A stretch of DNA of 64,000 nucleotides, from positions 32,001-96,000 of the forward strand of contig CACPJC010000002.1 of NCBI GenBank assembly GCA_902634185.1, in the 5' to 3' direction. Position numbers and translations under genes: made by a program. The stretch comes from an uncultured Candidatus Actinomarina sp. (GTDB lineage: Bacteria; Actinomycetota; Acidimicrobiia; Actinomarinales; Actinomarinaceae). The notes under the pieces were generated by a model. That model worked only from the letters and a program-made list of their open reading frames with translations. It ran no database searches and was not told where the DNA came from. Positions within the stretch are counted from its first letter, which is position 1; every line of letters begins with the position of its first letter. Of the stretch, positions 10,806 through 21,225 are shown piece by piece.

Positions 10806-11687
10806 TTAATTTATATAACGTTTAATTTTTGCTGATAGTCGAAGATAAAAAATATAAATTTTGTATACAAAATTTTTAAATAAAGAATAATCTTCTAAAA
10901 GCTCTCTAAAGTATAAAGGGATTGGTTGAAGTTTTTTAGATCTATATTTTAAAAAATGCCATCTGAAGTTTATCTCATTTTCAGTAAAAATTAAGTCACC
11001 GTTATATCCATAAAATACGTTTATTCTAATTTCCTGGTCATCTCTTGATTCTTTAAGATCTAATTCATAAAAATTTGATTCATTAAAAATTTCATCTGTA
11101 ATTAAAAATAGATTTGTATCTGTAATAGCAACCGGTTTGTAACCTTTCTCGATACCAAGCATAATTAATGATTTAGCACTAGATCCATGTCTTCTTTTAA
11201 AATTTTCTGGTTGAATATATTCAACATCATTAGGAATAGTTGGATTATATTCAATAATTACAATTTTAGGCCTATATGACTGTAGGCTTCTAAAAATTTG
11301 ATAATCGTAACCATCAATGTCAATTGATAATATATCAAAATTTTCTGAAATATTATTTTCTTTAAGAATATTGTTCAAAGAATAATCTCCTTGTACAGAA
11401 ACAATTGAATTTATATTTTTACAGTTCATATTTTGAGTATTTGAATTCAATTTCTGAAATCTTTTTTTATCCGGTTCAATAAATAACCCAAAATATTTTT
11501 TTTCTTTTAGCAAATTAAAACAGTTTGAATTTGTTTTTCCATCATGCGCACCAAATTCTACAAATTCATTTGATTTTTGAACTTGGATATTTTCCAAGAT
11601 TTTTTTAATTATCCCATCTTCGCCAGATTGTGAATAAATATTATTTTTAAAATCGTGTAAATTTATATGTTTACTTTTTTTTGTCAT
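10806..11687 (-). CDS. FkbM-like SAM methyltransferase
   Basis: YSQSGEDGII, VEFGAHDG, LSIDIDGYD, IEYN. Confidence 0.8.
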   Translation of the reverse strand: MTKKSKHINLHDFKNNIYSQSGEDGIIKKILENIQVQKSNEFVEFGAHDGKTNSNCFNLLKEKKYFGLFIEPDKKRFQKLNSNTQNMNCKNINSIVSVQGDYSLNNILKENNISENFDILSIDIDGYDYQIFRSLQSYRPKIVIIEYNPTIPNDVEYIQPENFKRRHGSSAKSLIMLGIEKGYKPVAITDTNLFLITDEIFNESNFYELDLKESRDDQEIRINVFYGYNGDLIFTENEINFRWHFLKYRSKKLQPIPLYFRELLEDYSLFKNFVYKIYIFYLRLSAKIKRYIN

Positions 11688-11717
11688 AATCTTTTTAGAA
11701 GTGAAAGGGGAAGTTTT

Positions 11718-12437
11718 TTATAATTTTTTATTTTTAAATAATACATTTCCACCATTTTCCCATCTTATATCTTCAAAAACTATTTTAAAATTTTTTGAAA
11801 TCAGAAAATCTTTGAGTTCCGGATATAAAATCTGGTCTTTATAATTTTCAATTAATGAAACTTCCGTATATATATAATTGATTAAATCTAAACTCTTACT
11901 TTGCATTAAAATTTCTGGTTCTTTACCTTGGAGGTCGAACCAAAGTAAATCTATTCTTTCAATTTTATTTTGATTAAGAAAATCATCAAATGTAATTGTT
12001 TCTACTTCTTCTTTTTCATCAAAAGTTATGTCTGGATAAAGTTCTAAAACTTTTTCTGGCATCATTAAACTTGATGCTCCATAATATACTGAGTTAAGAT
12101 CTGTAGTAAAAATATTTGATTTGCCTGTAGAAGTATCGAAAGCAATTTTTTGTAAATTTACATTACTATATTTTTCAGTCTTAATTATTAATTCGTTAAA
12201 TAATTTTTCAACTGGCTCTAGAGCATATATTTGTGATTTAGAATATTTTTTAGCAAAAAATAATGTATCTCTACCGTCCGCTGCACCTGCTTCAATAATT
12301 AATGGATTCTCGTTAAGATTTTTACTCAAAAAATTATGAATATTAATCGGAAAATTTTTCTTTTTTTGTATGTGTTTTTTTAACCATATATATAAATTGG
12401 GATAATTATTATAAATTTTGCCTTTAATCTTTTTCAT
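11718..12437 (-). CDS. FkbM family methyltransferase
   Basis: IEAGAADG, ALEP, FDLQGKE, YTEV. Confidence 0.88.
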   Translation of the reverse strand: MKKIKGKIYNNYPNLYIWLKKHIQKKKNFPINIHNFLSKNLNENPLIIEAGAADGRDTLFFAKKYSKSQIYALEPVEKLFNELIIKTEKYSNVNLQKIAFDTSTGKSNIFTTDLNSVYYGASSLMMPEKVLELYPDITFDEKEEVETITFDDFLNQNKIERIDLLWFDLQGKEPEILMQSKSLDLINYIYTEVSLIENYKDQILYPELKDFLISKNFKIVFEDIRWENGGNVLFKNKKL

Positions 12438-12456
12438 AATATAAGCACCTCTTTAA

Positions 12457-13215
12457 TCATCCTAGTTTCTTTGATAGATATTTTTTAAAGATGTTTTTTA
12501 AATGAAAATTTAATTTCTTTAAGTCCTTGAAATAGTTTAAAAATATAAAAAATTTGGAAGTTTCGAGTAACGATTTAAATTTGTAAAAAGTAATCATGTA
12601 TTTAGACACAAGATTCTTATTAACATATAACGCATCTCCCATTGGGATATTACTTACTAGAGATGTTTTAACTCTAATGAAATTGTTTAAATCTAAATAA
12701 TCGTCTAATTCATTTATCAGTACTCCACCCTGATAGAACTCAACTAAATTTATTTCGGAGAAAATAAAATCTATCTCTTTCAATCTACGTTCAAATCCTC
12801 TAAGGACTTCTAGCTCATATCCTTGAACATCTATTACGAGAAAATTACCGACAATGTCATATAAAGATGAAAATTTTTTTATTGTAATTTTGGTTTTCTT
12901 ACTGAAAGTATATTCTGGAAAGAAATCTTTATGTAGTTTTGGCTCTAGTAATGATGAAGAAACTCCTTCTTTTATATCTGAGACATAAATATTTTCGATT
13001 CCATTTTTGTTTCCTAATCCAAAATTGAAACAAAAAACATTTGAATGTAATTCATATTTTTCTAAAAGTTTATAAGCCTCTTCCTGCGGTTCAAATAAAT
13101 AAATATTCTTATCTGTGTTTTCAAGAAATAGATTTACTTGTTGGCCAATATGGGCTCCAACCTGAATTATTCCGTTTATTTGATTACTATATTTCTTTAA
13201 GATTTTTGAAAGCAT
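12457..13215 (-). CDS. FkbM family methyltransferase
   Basis: QVGAHIG, FEP, IDVQGYELEVL. Confidence 0.88.
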   Translation of the reverse strand: MLSKILKKYSNQINGIIQVGAHIGQQVNLFLENTDKNIYLFEPQEEAYKLLEKYELHSNVFCFNFGLGNKNGIENIYVSDIKEGVSSSLLEPKLHKDFFPEYTFSKKTKITIKKFSSLYDIVGNFLVIDVQGYELEVLRGFERRLKEIDFIFSEINLVEFYQGGVLINELDDYLDLNNFIRVKTSLVSNIPMGDALYVNKNLVSKYMITFYKFKSLLETSKFFIFLNYFKDLKKLNFHLKNIFKKYLSKKLG

Positions 13216-13278
13216 TTGTGATTTATTAAATATGGTAACTGGTTAATTTTGTGAAAGAGTTTAAATATTCTCATAAAC

Positions 13279-13989
13279 TTAATTAATAATCTTATTTATT
13301 TTATATAAATCTTTCAACATTTTAAAAGTATCAGAGAATATGCTGACTTTTGATTCTTTATTATGAACATATCTAACAGGTATTTCTAAAACTTTGATAT
13401 CACTATTAATTGCAAGCATAATTAATTCAATATCAAATGAAAATCCATCAGTCTGAAATTCTGAGCAATTTAAAAATAAATTTTTATCGAGTGCCTTAAA
13501 ACCACATTGTGAGTCCTCAATTTCGACTTTAAAGAGGAATTTAATGAGTTTTAAATATAGCGTACCCGAAAGATTTCTAATAATTGGTGAATTAATATTT
13601 TCAGATTTTTTGTTTTTTCTATTTCCAATTACAAATCCAGATTTTAATTTTCCTCCAGAGACAAACTTTTTAAATTCTTTGATATCTACAGAACTGTCAG
13701 CATCAGTAAATAAAACATTATTAAACTTACTGTGTTTAATTCCAGTTTTAATTGCCAAACCTTTTCCAGAAGTTTGAATTGTTTTATGTGATATGAAATC
13801 AAAATTATAAGTTAGTTTGTTTATTGAGTCTACTGAATCAACAGTAGATCCATTTGAAACAATAATTATTTCATACTGTTTTATATTTTCACTTAAAAAT
13901 TGAATAATTAAATCTAAGTTTTCTTTTATACGTATATGATCATCTTTTGTTGGAATTACCACAGATAAGTTATCTAATATAAAATTCAT
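13279..13989 (-). CDS. GT2 polyprenyl-phosphate glycosyltransferase (DPM/DPG synthase-like)
   Basis: SVVIP, GKGLAI, FTDAD, DSQCGFK, FSFDIE; ATG 13989 avoids overlap with the upstream gene. Confidence 0.85.
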   Translation of the reverse strand: MNFILDNLSVVIPTKDDHIRIKENLDLIIQFLSENIKQYEIIIVSNGSTVDSVDSINKLTYNFDFISHKTIQTSGKGLAIKTGIKHSKFNNVLFTDADSSVDIKEFKKFVSGGKLKSGFVIGNRKNKKSENINSPIIRNLSGTLYLKLIKFLFKVEIEDSQCGFKALDKNLFLNCSEFQTDGFSFDIELIMLAINSDIKVLEIPVRYVHNKESKVSIFSDTFKMLKDLYKINKIIN

Positions 13990-13990
13990 T

Positions 13991-14695
13991 TCAAGTTTTC
14001 TTCTTTTTAAGTTTTGCATACAATGAAATTCCAAACTTTGGATTAATACCAATTTTTCTTAAAGCTGATTCAATAATTGAGACAGAGTAAAGAATATTGT
14101 TTGTAAGATTTCCACCTTCATTTGTAGTGGAGGTTTTGTTTAATAAAATTTGAAGATATCTTATTGGTAATAATAAATAATTAAATCCGTATCGCTCAGC
14201 GATATCAAATGAATTGCAATCAGAATAAATCATTTTCCAGTTGTATCTTCTGTAGTGATCGAGTTTTTCATCATGTGAACTCCACAATTGAGAGTAGGCT
14301 GGAACACCAAGTATAACTTCACCAGAGCTTTTTAATATTTGATTAACACTCAACATAAATTCTTGTGAATTTTCAATATGTTCTAAAACGTCAAGCATCA
14401 CAATAAAATCGTACTTTTCCTCAATTTTGTCAATATTGTTATAAATTTTATTAATATAATTTTCTCTATTCAATTCAATATATTTTATAAATTCTGGTTC
14501 TGTTTCAAGAATATCTACAACCCCTAATGAACTCAGATATTTTAAATTGTTTCCTAGGCCAGGACCAATTTCTAATATTTTATTAAAGCTTCTATCAATA
14601 GTTTGTCTTTTATTTTCAATAATAAATTTCAAAAGATTTGTTTTGGCTTTATACCACCACCAGTCAAGATTTTCTTCTAAGGGGATAGGGCTCAT
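13991..14695 (-). CDS. Class I SAM-dependent methyltransferase
   Basis: LEIGPGLG, LDVLEHI, VPAY..LWS.HDE..HYRRY. Confidence 0.85.
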   Translation of the reverse strand: MSPIPLEENLDWWWYKAKTNLLKFIIENKRQTIDRSFNKILEIGPGLGNNLKYLSSLGVVDILETEPEFIKYIELNRENYINKIYNNIDKIEEKYDFIVMLDVLEHIENSQEFMLSVNQILKSSGEVILGVPAYSQLWSSHDEKLDHYRRYNWKMIYSDCNSFDIAERYGFNYLLLPIRYLQILLNKTSTTNEGGNLTNNILYSVSIIESALRKIGINPKFGISLYAKLKKKKT

Positions 14696-14729
14696 TCTTA
14701 TATTTTATTTTATAAACAAAGGTTAAGGT

Positions 14730-15941
14730 TTATCGAAATAAATGAATTATTTTTTTTGTAATCTTGACTATCAGTTTAAGAAAATTTGAAGAATAAAAAA
14801 ATATAGTATTCCTTATATTCTGAATATAGTGAAGAAAAAGCTCATATTTTGAATAATCTTTAAATTCAATAGCTTCATCAAATAAATTGATATATTGTTT
14901 CATAACTGCATCCAATGAATAAATTGAATTAAATCTATCTTTTGAGTTTTGAACACATTGATTATAGAAGTCTTCCTTCTCCATAAATTTTTTCATAATT
15001 TCTGCATAATGAATTGATGATTCTGCAATTACACCTGCATTACTTATTTGCTCAACCTGACCCATACTTGGGGCAACATGACTTATCAATGGTAATCCGT
15101 GTGACATAGCCTCAATGATAGCGGTTGAACATTGCTCACCGTCTTTACGACCATGAGCGTAAACGGTCAAAGAATTTAAAAATTTGTGAATTTCAATAAT
15201 ATCCGGAGTTGTAGGAAGAAACATAATATTTTTAATATTAAGGTTTTGTGCTTGTTCTTTATATTTATCATTACCACCAAGCAATATAAAAAGAGTTTCA
15301 TCAGATTCAATCTTTTTATAAGCTTCTAAAGGTATGTGAGAAAATATATTTTCATCATCTCGTTGATGCATTCCAAAAACAAATTTATTATTTGTTTCAA
15401 GCTTCTCATCAGTTGAAACCGTATATACCGGATTTGGAATAATTGTCGACTTTTTTTTCCGACCACCAGATTTTATCCATTTTTTTCTTTGCTCAGATGA
15501 TATAAGAACTGTTTTATATACATTCAATTTATTTTCAGCAAATCCAGCAAGATGAATTGTGTCAATTATTTTTGTATCTTTGATTTTAGTAAATGGGTAT
15601 TCTGGATGGCCAGCTCTACCTGTAACAATTAATTCATATTTTCTTTCATCAAAATAATCCCAAAAATCAGTATTAATCCAATCATGTGTTGGGGTCGTAA
15701 TGTCCTTAAACTCAACATTAAATTTAATAACATTAACTCCATTTTCTAAACAATATTCAATTCTTGTTGGATCGGTGTCTATGTGTTTATAGTCTGACCC
15801 TATATAAGGTGCAGCATCACAATAGAAATAATCTACTTCGTATTTGTTTTTTGGAAGTTCAGATGCAATCGTTTGAAGAACTTTTTCAGTACCACCAAAT
15901 GCCATCCCACCAAATTTAATAAATGCTATCTTTGGTTTCAA
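14730..15941 (-). CDS. GT4 glycosyltransferase
   Basis: GGTEK, GEQCSTAIIEAM. Confidence 0.8.
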   Translation of the reverse strand: MKPKIAFIKFGGMAFGGTEKVLQTIASELPKNKYEVDYFYCDAAPYIGSDYKHIDTDPTRIEYCLENGVNVIKFNVEFKDITTPTHDWINTDFWDYFDERKYELIVTGRAGHPEYPFTKIKDTKIIDTIHLAGFAENKLNVYKTVLISSEQRKKWIKSGGRKKKSTIIPNPVYTVSTDEKLETNNKFVFGMHQRDDENIFSHIPLEAYKKIESDETLFILLGGNDKYKEQAQNLNIKNIMFLPTTPDIIEIHKFLNSLTVYAHGRKDGEQCSTAIIEAMSHGLPLISHVAPSMGQVEQISNAGVIAESSIHYAEIMKKFMEKEDFYNQCVQNSKDRFNSIYSLDAVMKQYINLFDEAIEFKDYSKYELFLHYIQNIRNTIFFYSSNFLKLIVKITKKIIHLFR

Positions 15942-16038
15942 ACTTTACCCCAATGATTTATTTAGAGAAGTAATAATTATTTCTCTACTTTAAATACTAC
16001 AACGAAAACGAAAATCGAGATGTTACTAATGTCCTGAA

Positions 16039-16632
16039 TCAGTCAACAGTTTTCCAAAGATGTAATGCTGCAATTGTCCTATATGGTGACCATTTTTTTG
16101 CATATTCATCATATTTAATCCAATCACTATCAGGCTGAACCATTTTTGAATTATTCATTGCTAATCTTAGGCCTGCATCTTTTGAAGAAAAAATATCTAA
16201 TCTACCGAGACAAAATATTTCAAACATATTTACAGACCAAGGGCCGATGCCAAAAACAGATACCAATCTTTTATTAAGTTCTTCATTATTTAATGTTGTT
16301 AAATCTTTGAAAGAACCACTTAAATATAGATTAGATAATTCTTTTATCGTTTTTGCTTTGTTGAGACTTAAACCTAGTTTTTGAATCTGACTAATTGTTA
16401 AATTTTTAAAATGTTTTTCATTTAAACTATCGGTACTAAAATTTTTTTTAATTTTTCGAAATATTGTATTTGCAGCATTTGTAGAAATAAATTGAGATAT
16501 AACTATGCCAACAAGGCTATCGAATTGGTTATCCATAGAATAGCTAAATGTTATGTGACCATTTTTTTCAATAATTTTTTTTAATTTTTTGTCTTTTTTT
16601 ATTAAATATTTTTCTTTTTTTGAAAATTTCAT
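16039..16632 (-). CDS. alkA: DNA-3-methyladenine glycosylase II (HhH-GPD)
   Basis: SQFIS, FGIGPWS, D.G, WSPYRTIAALHLW; start probably ATG 16632. Confidence 0.88.
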   Translation of the reverse strand: MKFSKKEKYLIKKDKKLKKIIEKNGHITFSYSMDNQFDSLVGIVISQFISTNAANTIFRKIKKNFSTDSLNEKHFKNLTISQIQKLGLSLNKAKTIKELSNLYLSGSFKDLTTLNNEELNKRLVSVFGIGPWSVNMFEIFCLGRLDIFSSKDAGLRLAMNNSKMVQPDSDWIKYDEYAKKWSPYRTIAALHLWKTVD

Positions 16633-16695
16633 AACACAAATTTTATAACTAAATTCATTCAATATGGTGTGATAAGATAACAATCAAGAAACAAT

Positions 16696-18390
16696 TTAAG
16701 ATTTTTTTATATAAACTCGAAGTTCTTTATAGGGATCAAAAAAATATTCTCTACTGCGATTTATTTCATAAATGCTTGTATCTAATTTAAAATAATTTTT
16801 CTTGTAATCTGATACTTCGCAATTGTAATCATCAAGCTTTACAACATTCCCGCTAACAATTGATTTTGAGTTACATATTATTACATCTGGTTCTTTTTCG
16901 ATGTAATAGCTGAAATGAGATGATTCGTTAGTTTGTAGAAGATTCAAATTAATTAATTCGTTCAGTATGTAATCTTCAAAATTATTAGAAGGATGAACCA
17001 AGTATGAAAAGTTCTGCTTTTGTAGATAGTGTAAAACTAATACATGATCAAATGCTAAAACTGTATAATTATCGTCCTCAAAATATGAATCAATGTCCTC
17101 TGAAAGTTGATAAAGAGGATACTGTTCTTGTATATCATCAATATTTGAAAGATTATTGAATGATGGTAAGAGACTATAACTTAAAATCTGAATAGAGGTT
17201 AAAACTATAAGGACTGCTGCTAAAGTAACTTTTTTATTGTTTGTCAATACTTCTGATAATAAAGCTAAAAAATAAAGGGTATAAAAGAGATGATGCTCAT
17301 AACTATGTCCAGCAATGACATAAATTAAAAACGCAGGAATTAAATAAAAAATAACATCAATAAATTCACTATTGCTATAAATTTTTGTTTTGGATAAAAA
17401 GCTCTGAAATAAAAATGAAATAAGTAAGAATATAAGCAAAAAATAAAGTAATTCTGAATATTCAAAATACCTCCTTGACCAAACAAGCAATTCATTAAAC
17501 TCAAATCTATCCGACCCAACATAATTAATTGGTAATACAAAGTAATTTGATAAATAAATGTTTAGAAGGCCAGAATTAAAATAAATAATAAGAAATACAA
17601 GATGCGGCATAAACATTCCAAGAAAAATTGATATTAGTTCTTTAATGTCTGGAAATGATTTTTTGCTTTTCACTAAAAAAAGAAAGAGACTTAAGTAAAA
17701 AATAAATGTTGCTTGATTAATTAATGTTGATAAAGAAAGTAAAACAGAAGCAAGAAAAATATTTTTAAGGGTCATTTCCTTATTTTTAACAAAATAGAAA
17801 TGCAACGATATAAAAACGAGACAATAAATCTCTGAAAACTCTGAGTGATACCAAACATAGCTAATTAAACAGATAAAAAATAATGAACCAAAAAATGCGC
17901 TTTGAACATTTTTATTAATAAAAATTGTCAAAAAAAGTATCGAAGCAATGAAGAATAGTATCACATCATTTAGGATCTTGAAAAATACAAAGTTTTCATT
18001 TGATAGAAACGAAATAAAATTGTACATATACATGAACAAAGGGCCTTTTGACTCCCATTGGGTTTCAAATGGTAATTCATTCATTCCAACTTTTTGAGAG
18101 GCAACCAGATATGAAGGGGTATCAAGTGAAATCATTTCATAATTTAGAAATTGATTCTGTGTAATTATTGTGACTATGAAAATTATAAATAAAGATACCT
18201 TAAGGTTTTTAAATGTTAAGAAAGGTAATTCAATATCATATCTCATATAGATTAATGAGAAAAGTACAAACAATAGTGTTTTAATCTCTATAGATACTTG
18301 AAGAAAATTTAGAATTAATATAGAAAAAATAATCAATGAAAAGTTTTTTAATATTGTTGGTTCATTAAGTTTATTTTTTATATCTACCAT
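16696..18390 (-). CDS. Polytopic membrane protein, GT-C (ArnT/PMT-like) glycosyltransferase candidate
   Basis: D...Y...WESKGPL loop after the first TMs, many TM helices, soluble C-terminal domain. Confidence 0.6.
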   Translation of the reverse strand: MVDIKNKLNEPTILKNFSLIIFSILILNFLQVSIEIKTLLFVLFSLIYMRYDIELPFLTFKNLKVSLFIIFIVTIITQNQFLNYEMISLDTPSYLVASQKVGMNELPFETQWESKGPLFMYMYNFISFLSNENFVFFKILNDVILFFIASILFLTIFINKNVQSAFFGSLFFICLISYVWYHSEFSEIYCLVFISLHFYFVKNKEMTLKNIFLASVLLSLSTLINQATFIFYLSLFLFLVKSKKSFPDIKELISIFLGMFMPHLVFLIIYFNSGLLNIYLSNYFVLPINYVGSDRFEFNELLVWSRRYFEYSELLYFLLIFLLISFLFQSFLSKTKIYSNSEFIDVIFYLIPAFLIYVIAGHSYEHHLFYTLYFLALLSEVLTNNKKVTLAAVLIVLTSIQILSYSLLPSFNNLSNIDDIQEQYPLYQLSEDIDSYFEDDNYTVLAFDHVLVLHYLQKQNFSYLVHPSNNFEDYILNELINLNLLQTNESSHFSYYIEKEPDVIICNSKSIVSGNVVKLDDYNCEVSDYKKNYFKLDTSIYEINRSREYFFDPYKELRVYIKKS

Positions 18391-18406
18391 ATAAGCAACT
18401 CACACA

Positions 18407-20086
18407 TTATTTTCTGTAGGCAACTTTAAATACTCCGTCATCAATAATGATTATATCCTGACTAGACATAGTGCAATTCAAATTTGCCCAACATTGATCG
18501 CCTTCACTTGGTCTAACCCAGTTACCAATGTATTTTTCATATCCAATATTTTCGTTAATCATCACATTTGCTCTTGGATCATCCAAAAATATTTCATTAT
18601 TAAAAAGAAGGGCTTCATACGACTGAAGTCTGACGACAAAAAATACTGATATAAAAATTAAAAAATATTTAAAGTATGTATTTATTGTAACTTTTGGGTT
18701 TCCTGAGAGAAAGCCAATTAATGATACTGCTAACAAACATACTCCAATTGCATATCTTGGAAGAGGCCCGTAAAACAAAAGATATAAGAAATTTAAAAAG
18801 ACAAATCCTACAGAGGTAAATTGCGTAACTAGTTTATTTTTTTGTCTTGAAAAGAAAATATATTTGAGAAAAAAAATTACCAACACAGATCCTATAAAGT
18901 TGTAAAAGATCTGAACACGTGCTTCAAAACTATTTTTAACTATACTCGCAATCCAATCCGCAAAGTTTGTTCCAAAAACATAGCTTCTACTTGTAAGCTT
19001 TGTATAGTTTTCAACCTCTGCTGTTGATCCACTTATATACCAATCAAAACTTGATAAACAAGTAGAGTCAACTGGATAAACCAAACATCCTGTTGTAAAA
19101 ATCGACTTTATAAACCATATTGCTGCAATGACTAGAACAGGTAAATGAAGATAAATATAGTCTCTCATCTTAAAAATATTGCCTTGAAAAATACTTACTA
19201 TAAATATGAAATACAATATAAAAATTAATACACCGGAAACTTTAATTTCATAAACAAAAAAACATAATAAAGAAATAAATACTATTTCACTTTTTGTTAT
19301 ATCTTTTTCTTTTATTTTTTTTAATAAAACAATTGCAATAAACCAAAATAAAATTCCAACAGTTGTGTCCTGTTTTGTTACATTTTGAATAAAGGGAAAT
19401 CCATTTCTCCCACCACCAATTCCAAAGTTATCAAGAAGAGAATATATTAATAAAACAAGGGCAATGTTGTACAAATCATTGTGTTTTTTGCTTATAAAAT
19501 AAGCTTTGATAATTAAATAAAAAAAATGAAAAAAATAGATATTAATAAAATGTAAAAATATAAAAGAACTATCAAACCACAAAATTGCTGATAGGTACTC
19601 ATAAATAGATGACATGCCAAAGGCAAAGAAAATGTTTACCATTCCAATAATTGCTTCCGAGTCACGTAACCAACTCTGATGTAAAATGTGATAGTATCCT
19701 GCATCATAATGAAAAGTGATATCAAGAGCTGAAACTAAAAGCAATCCAGGTATAAACAAATAGTTAAAAATATAATCAAATTTTTTTATTTTTTTTATTT
19801 CTATTTTGAAAGTTTTTAAAGTAAAGAGAGGCAGTAACAGCAAAATAATAGCTAGAACATTGTTACCTAAGGGAACAAAGAAATTAATTAATATAAGTAA
19901 ATTTCCAAAAACTAACAATCCAAAAAGTGGAGATAAATATTCAATTTTTGTAAACAGTAAATAATTATTTTTTTCTTCTTTAGTAAAGATAAAAATTTTT
20001 TCTATTGCATATTTTCCAAACAAATAGAAATACATATAAAAAAGTGTGTATTTCAAGTAGATGATTAGATATGTAGAAATTAACAC
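18407..20086 (-). CDS. Polytopic membrane protein, putative GT-C-like glycan modifier
   Basis: YDAGYYH loop, TGCLVYP, PRY, C-terminal DQCW..C; many TMs. Confidence 0.5.
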   Translation of the reverse strand: MLISTYLIIYLKYTLFYMYFYLFGKYAIEKIFIFTKEEKNNYLLFTKIEYLSPLFGLLVFGNLLILINFFVPLGNNVLAIILLLLPLFTLKTFKIEIKKIKKFDYIFNYLFIPGLLLVSALDITFHYDAGYYHILHQSWLRDSEAIIGMVNIFFAFGMSSIYEYLSAILWFDSSFIFLHFINIYFFHFFYLIIKAYFISKKHNDLYNIALVLLIYSLLDNFGIGGGRNGFPFIQNVTKQDTTVGILFWFIAIVLLKKIKEKDITKSEIVFISLLCFFVYEIKVSGVLIFILYFIFIVSIFQGNIFKMRDYIYLHLPVLVIAAIWFIKSIFTTGCLVYPVDSTCLSSFDWYISGSTAEVENYTKLTSRSYVFGTNFADWIASIVKNSFEARVQIFYNFIGSVLVIFFLKYIFFSRQKNKLVTQFTSVGFVFLNFLYLLFYGPLPRYAIGVCLLAVSLIGFLSGNPKVTINTYFKYFLIFISVFFVVRLQSYEALLFNNEIFLDDPRANVMINENIGYEKYIGNWVRPSEGDQCWANLNCTMSSQDIIIIDDGVFKVAYRK

Positions 20087-20091
20087 TTAAG

Positions 20092-20304
20092 TTAAATTAT
20101 TTTAAGAACTCTAAGCACTCTAAAGACTAAAAAGATTATTACAAGACAAATAGTCCAACCCAATATTATATCTCCCAAATCAGCGCCTACACCTATCTGT
20201 TTTGCGCTACCTGCACCTCCAATAAAAGCACAAAGGGAATAGCCGAGTACTTTATAAAGTTCTAATTTTTGTTTTTTATCTAAGTTTTTGAATCTATGAA
20301 ACAT
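20092..20304 (-). CDS. Small two-TM membrane protein
   Basis: 70 aa hydrophobic ORF; TAAGAT-6nt-ATG promoter geometry. Confidence 0.65.
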   Translation of the reverse strand: MFHRFKNLDKKQKLELYKVLGYSLCAFIGGAGSAKQIGVGADLGDIILGWTICLVIIFLVFRVLRVLKII

Positions 20305-20322
20305 ATATGTATCTTAATTGTT

Positions 20323-20571
20323 TTAAATAAGTTTAAAGTATTTTAAAGCCCGGAATACCACATATAAAGTTATAAAAAGAATTCCTAGAGCATAAATAAC
20401 TTCACTGACGCTTACATTTGGAGGTATATGAAGTCCGCCATATCCTAAAGCAAGTACAATTCCAAAAACTATTTTGATCCATTGTTTTTTTCTTTCATCC
20501 GAATCTTCTATTTCTTGAACGGTTTTAAGATTTTTTTTTATATAAGCATAAATAAGCTGAAAAAAATTCAT
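20323..20571 (-). CDS. Small two-TM membrane protein
   Basis: 82 aa; TATAAT-6nt-ATG geometry; C-terminus resembles the neighbour (VFRxLxxxKxI). Confidence 0.65.
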   Translation of the reverse strand: MNFFQLIYAYIKKNLKTVQEIEDSDERKKQWIKIVFGIVLALGYGGLHIPPNVSVSEVIYALGILFITLYVVFRALKYFKLI

Positions 20572-20655
20572 AAGTAAATTATATAAATTTGGACGACATA
20601 TCGCACGATGTTTTGTTTTTAAAGAAAGCTAGTAAGAAGTAACCCTTTTAGCTAT

Positions 20656-20701
20656 TGGTGGCCAGAGGCAGAATCGAACTGCCGACCCCTTGTTTTTCAG
20701 A
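20656..20701 (-). repeat. Displaced 3' half of tRNA-Phe (att-like direct repeat), ending in CCA
   Basis: 20658-20701 is identical to 21311-21354 (44 bp, from the anticodon loop to the acceptor end). Confidence 0.95.
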
Positions 20702-20819
20702 TAAAGGCAGACCACTTGACCTTATCTTATTGTAACTTATTCGTTGTTAGTTTTCGCTCATTACCTAGAGCTTGTATCAAGTAACGAGCAGTAAATAAAT
20801 CACAATAAAGAAACCTAAG

Positions 20820-20841
20820 TGGCACAGTTTTGGCACAGTTT
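20820..20841 (+). repeat. Perfect 11-bp tandem repeat TGGCACAGTTT x2, possible integrase arm site
   Basis: Directly visible, about 120 bp from the att-like repeat. Confidence 0.7.
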
Positions 20842-21225
20842 TTATTCTTTTTCAACTAACTTGTTAACCAGAATAAACAATGATCCACCTATAAGAGTCC
20901 ATAGTATATCATTCCAATCAAAAACACCTCTTCCAGGTGTGTATTTTGCAATGAATTCGTTACCTATTAGGCCAACCATAGAAATCACTACTGACCACTT
21001 CAATCTATTTTTGTAAACTGATGAATTAGATTTAAATACCTCTGGAATGCTTACATAAAAAAAACTTGGTATGCCGATGCCTGGAAAGAAGTTAGGAGCT
21101 ACTCCAAGAAAATAAATTACAAGATCGTTTCCACCAACATAACTGGGTCTAATGTAGCTTTGAACCAAGCCAAATAAAAAAAATGAGATTCCAAATATTG
21201 TGTAGTACAGAAAGTGTTTCTTCAT
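20842..21225 (-). CDS. Small membrane protein with VanZ-like C-terminal motif
   Basis: Several TMs; NEF...PGRGVFDWNDI...LIG motif; TATATT-6nt-ATG. Confidence 0.6.
   Translation of the reverse strand: MKKHFLYYTIFGISFFLFGLVQSYIRPSYVGGNDLVIYFLGVAPNFFPGIGIPSFFYVSIPEVFKSNSSVYKNRLKWSVVISMVGLIGNEFIAKYTPGRGVFDWNDILWTLIGGSLFILVNKLVEKE

Noticed and set aside
20656-20701. A second functional tRNA-Phe
   Set aside because: The 5' half (acceptor 5' strand and D-arm) is missing.
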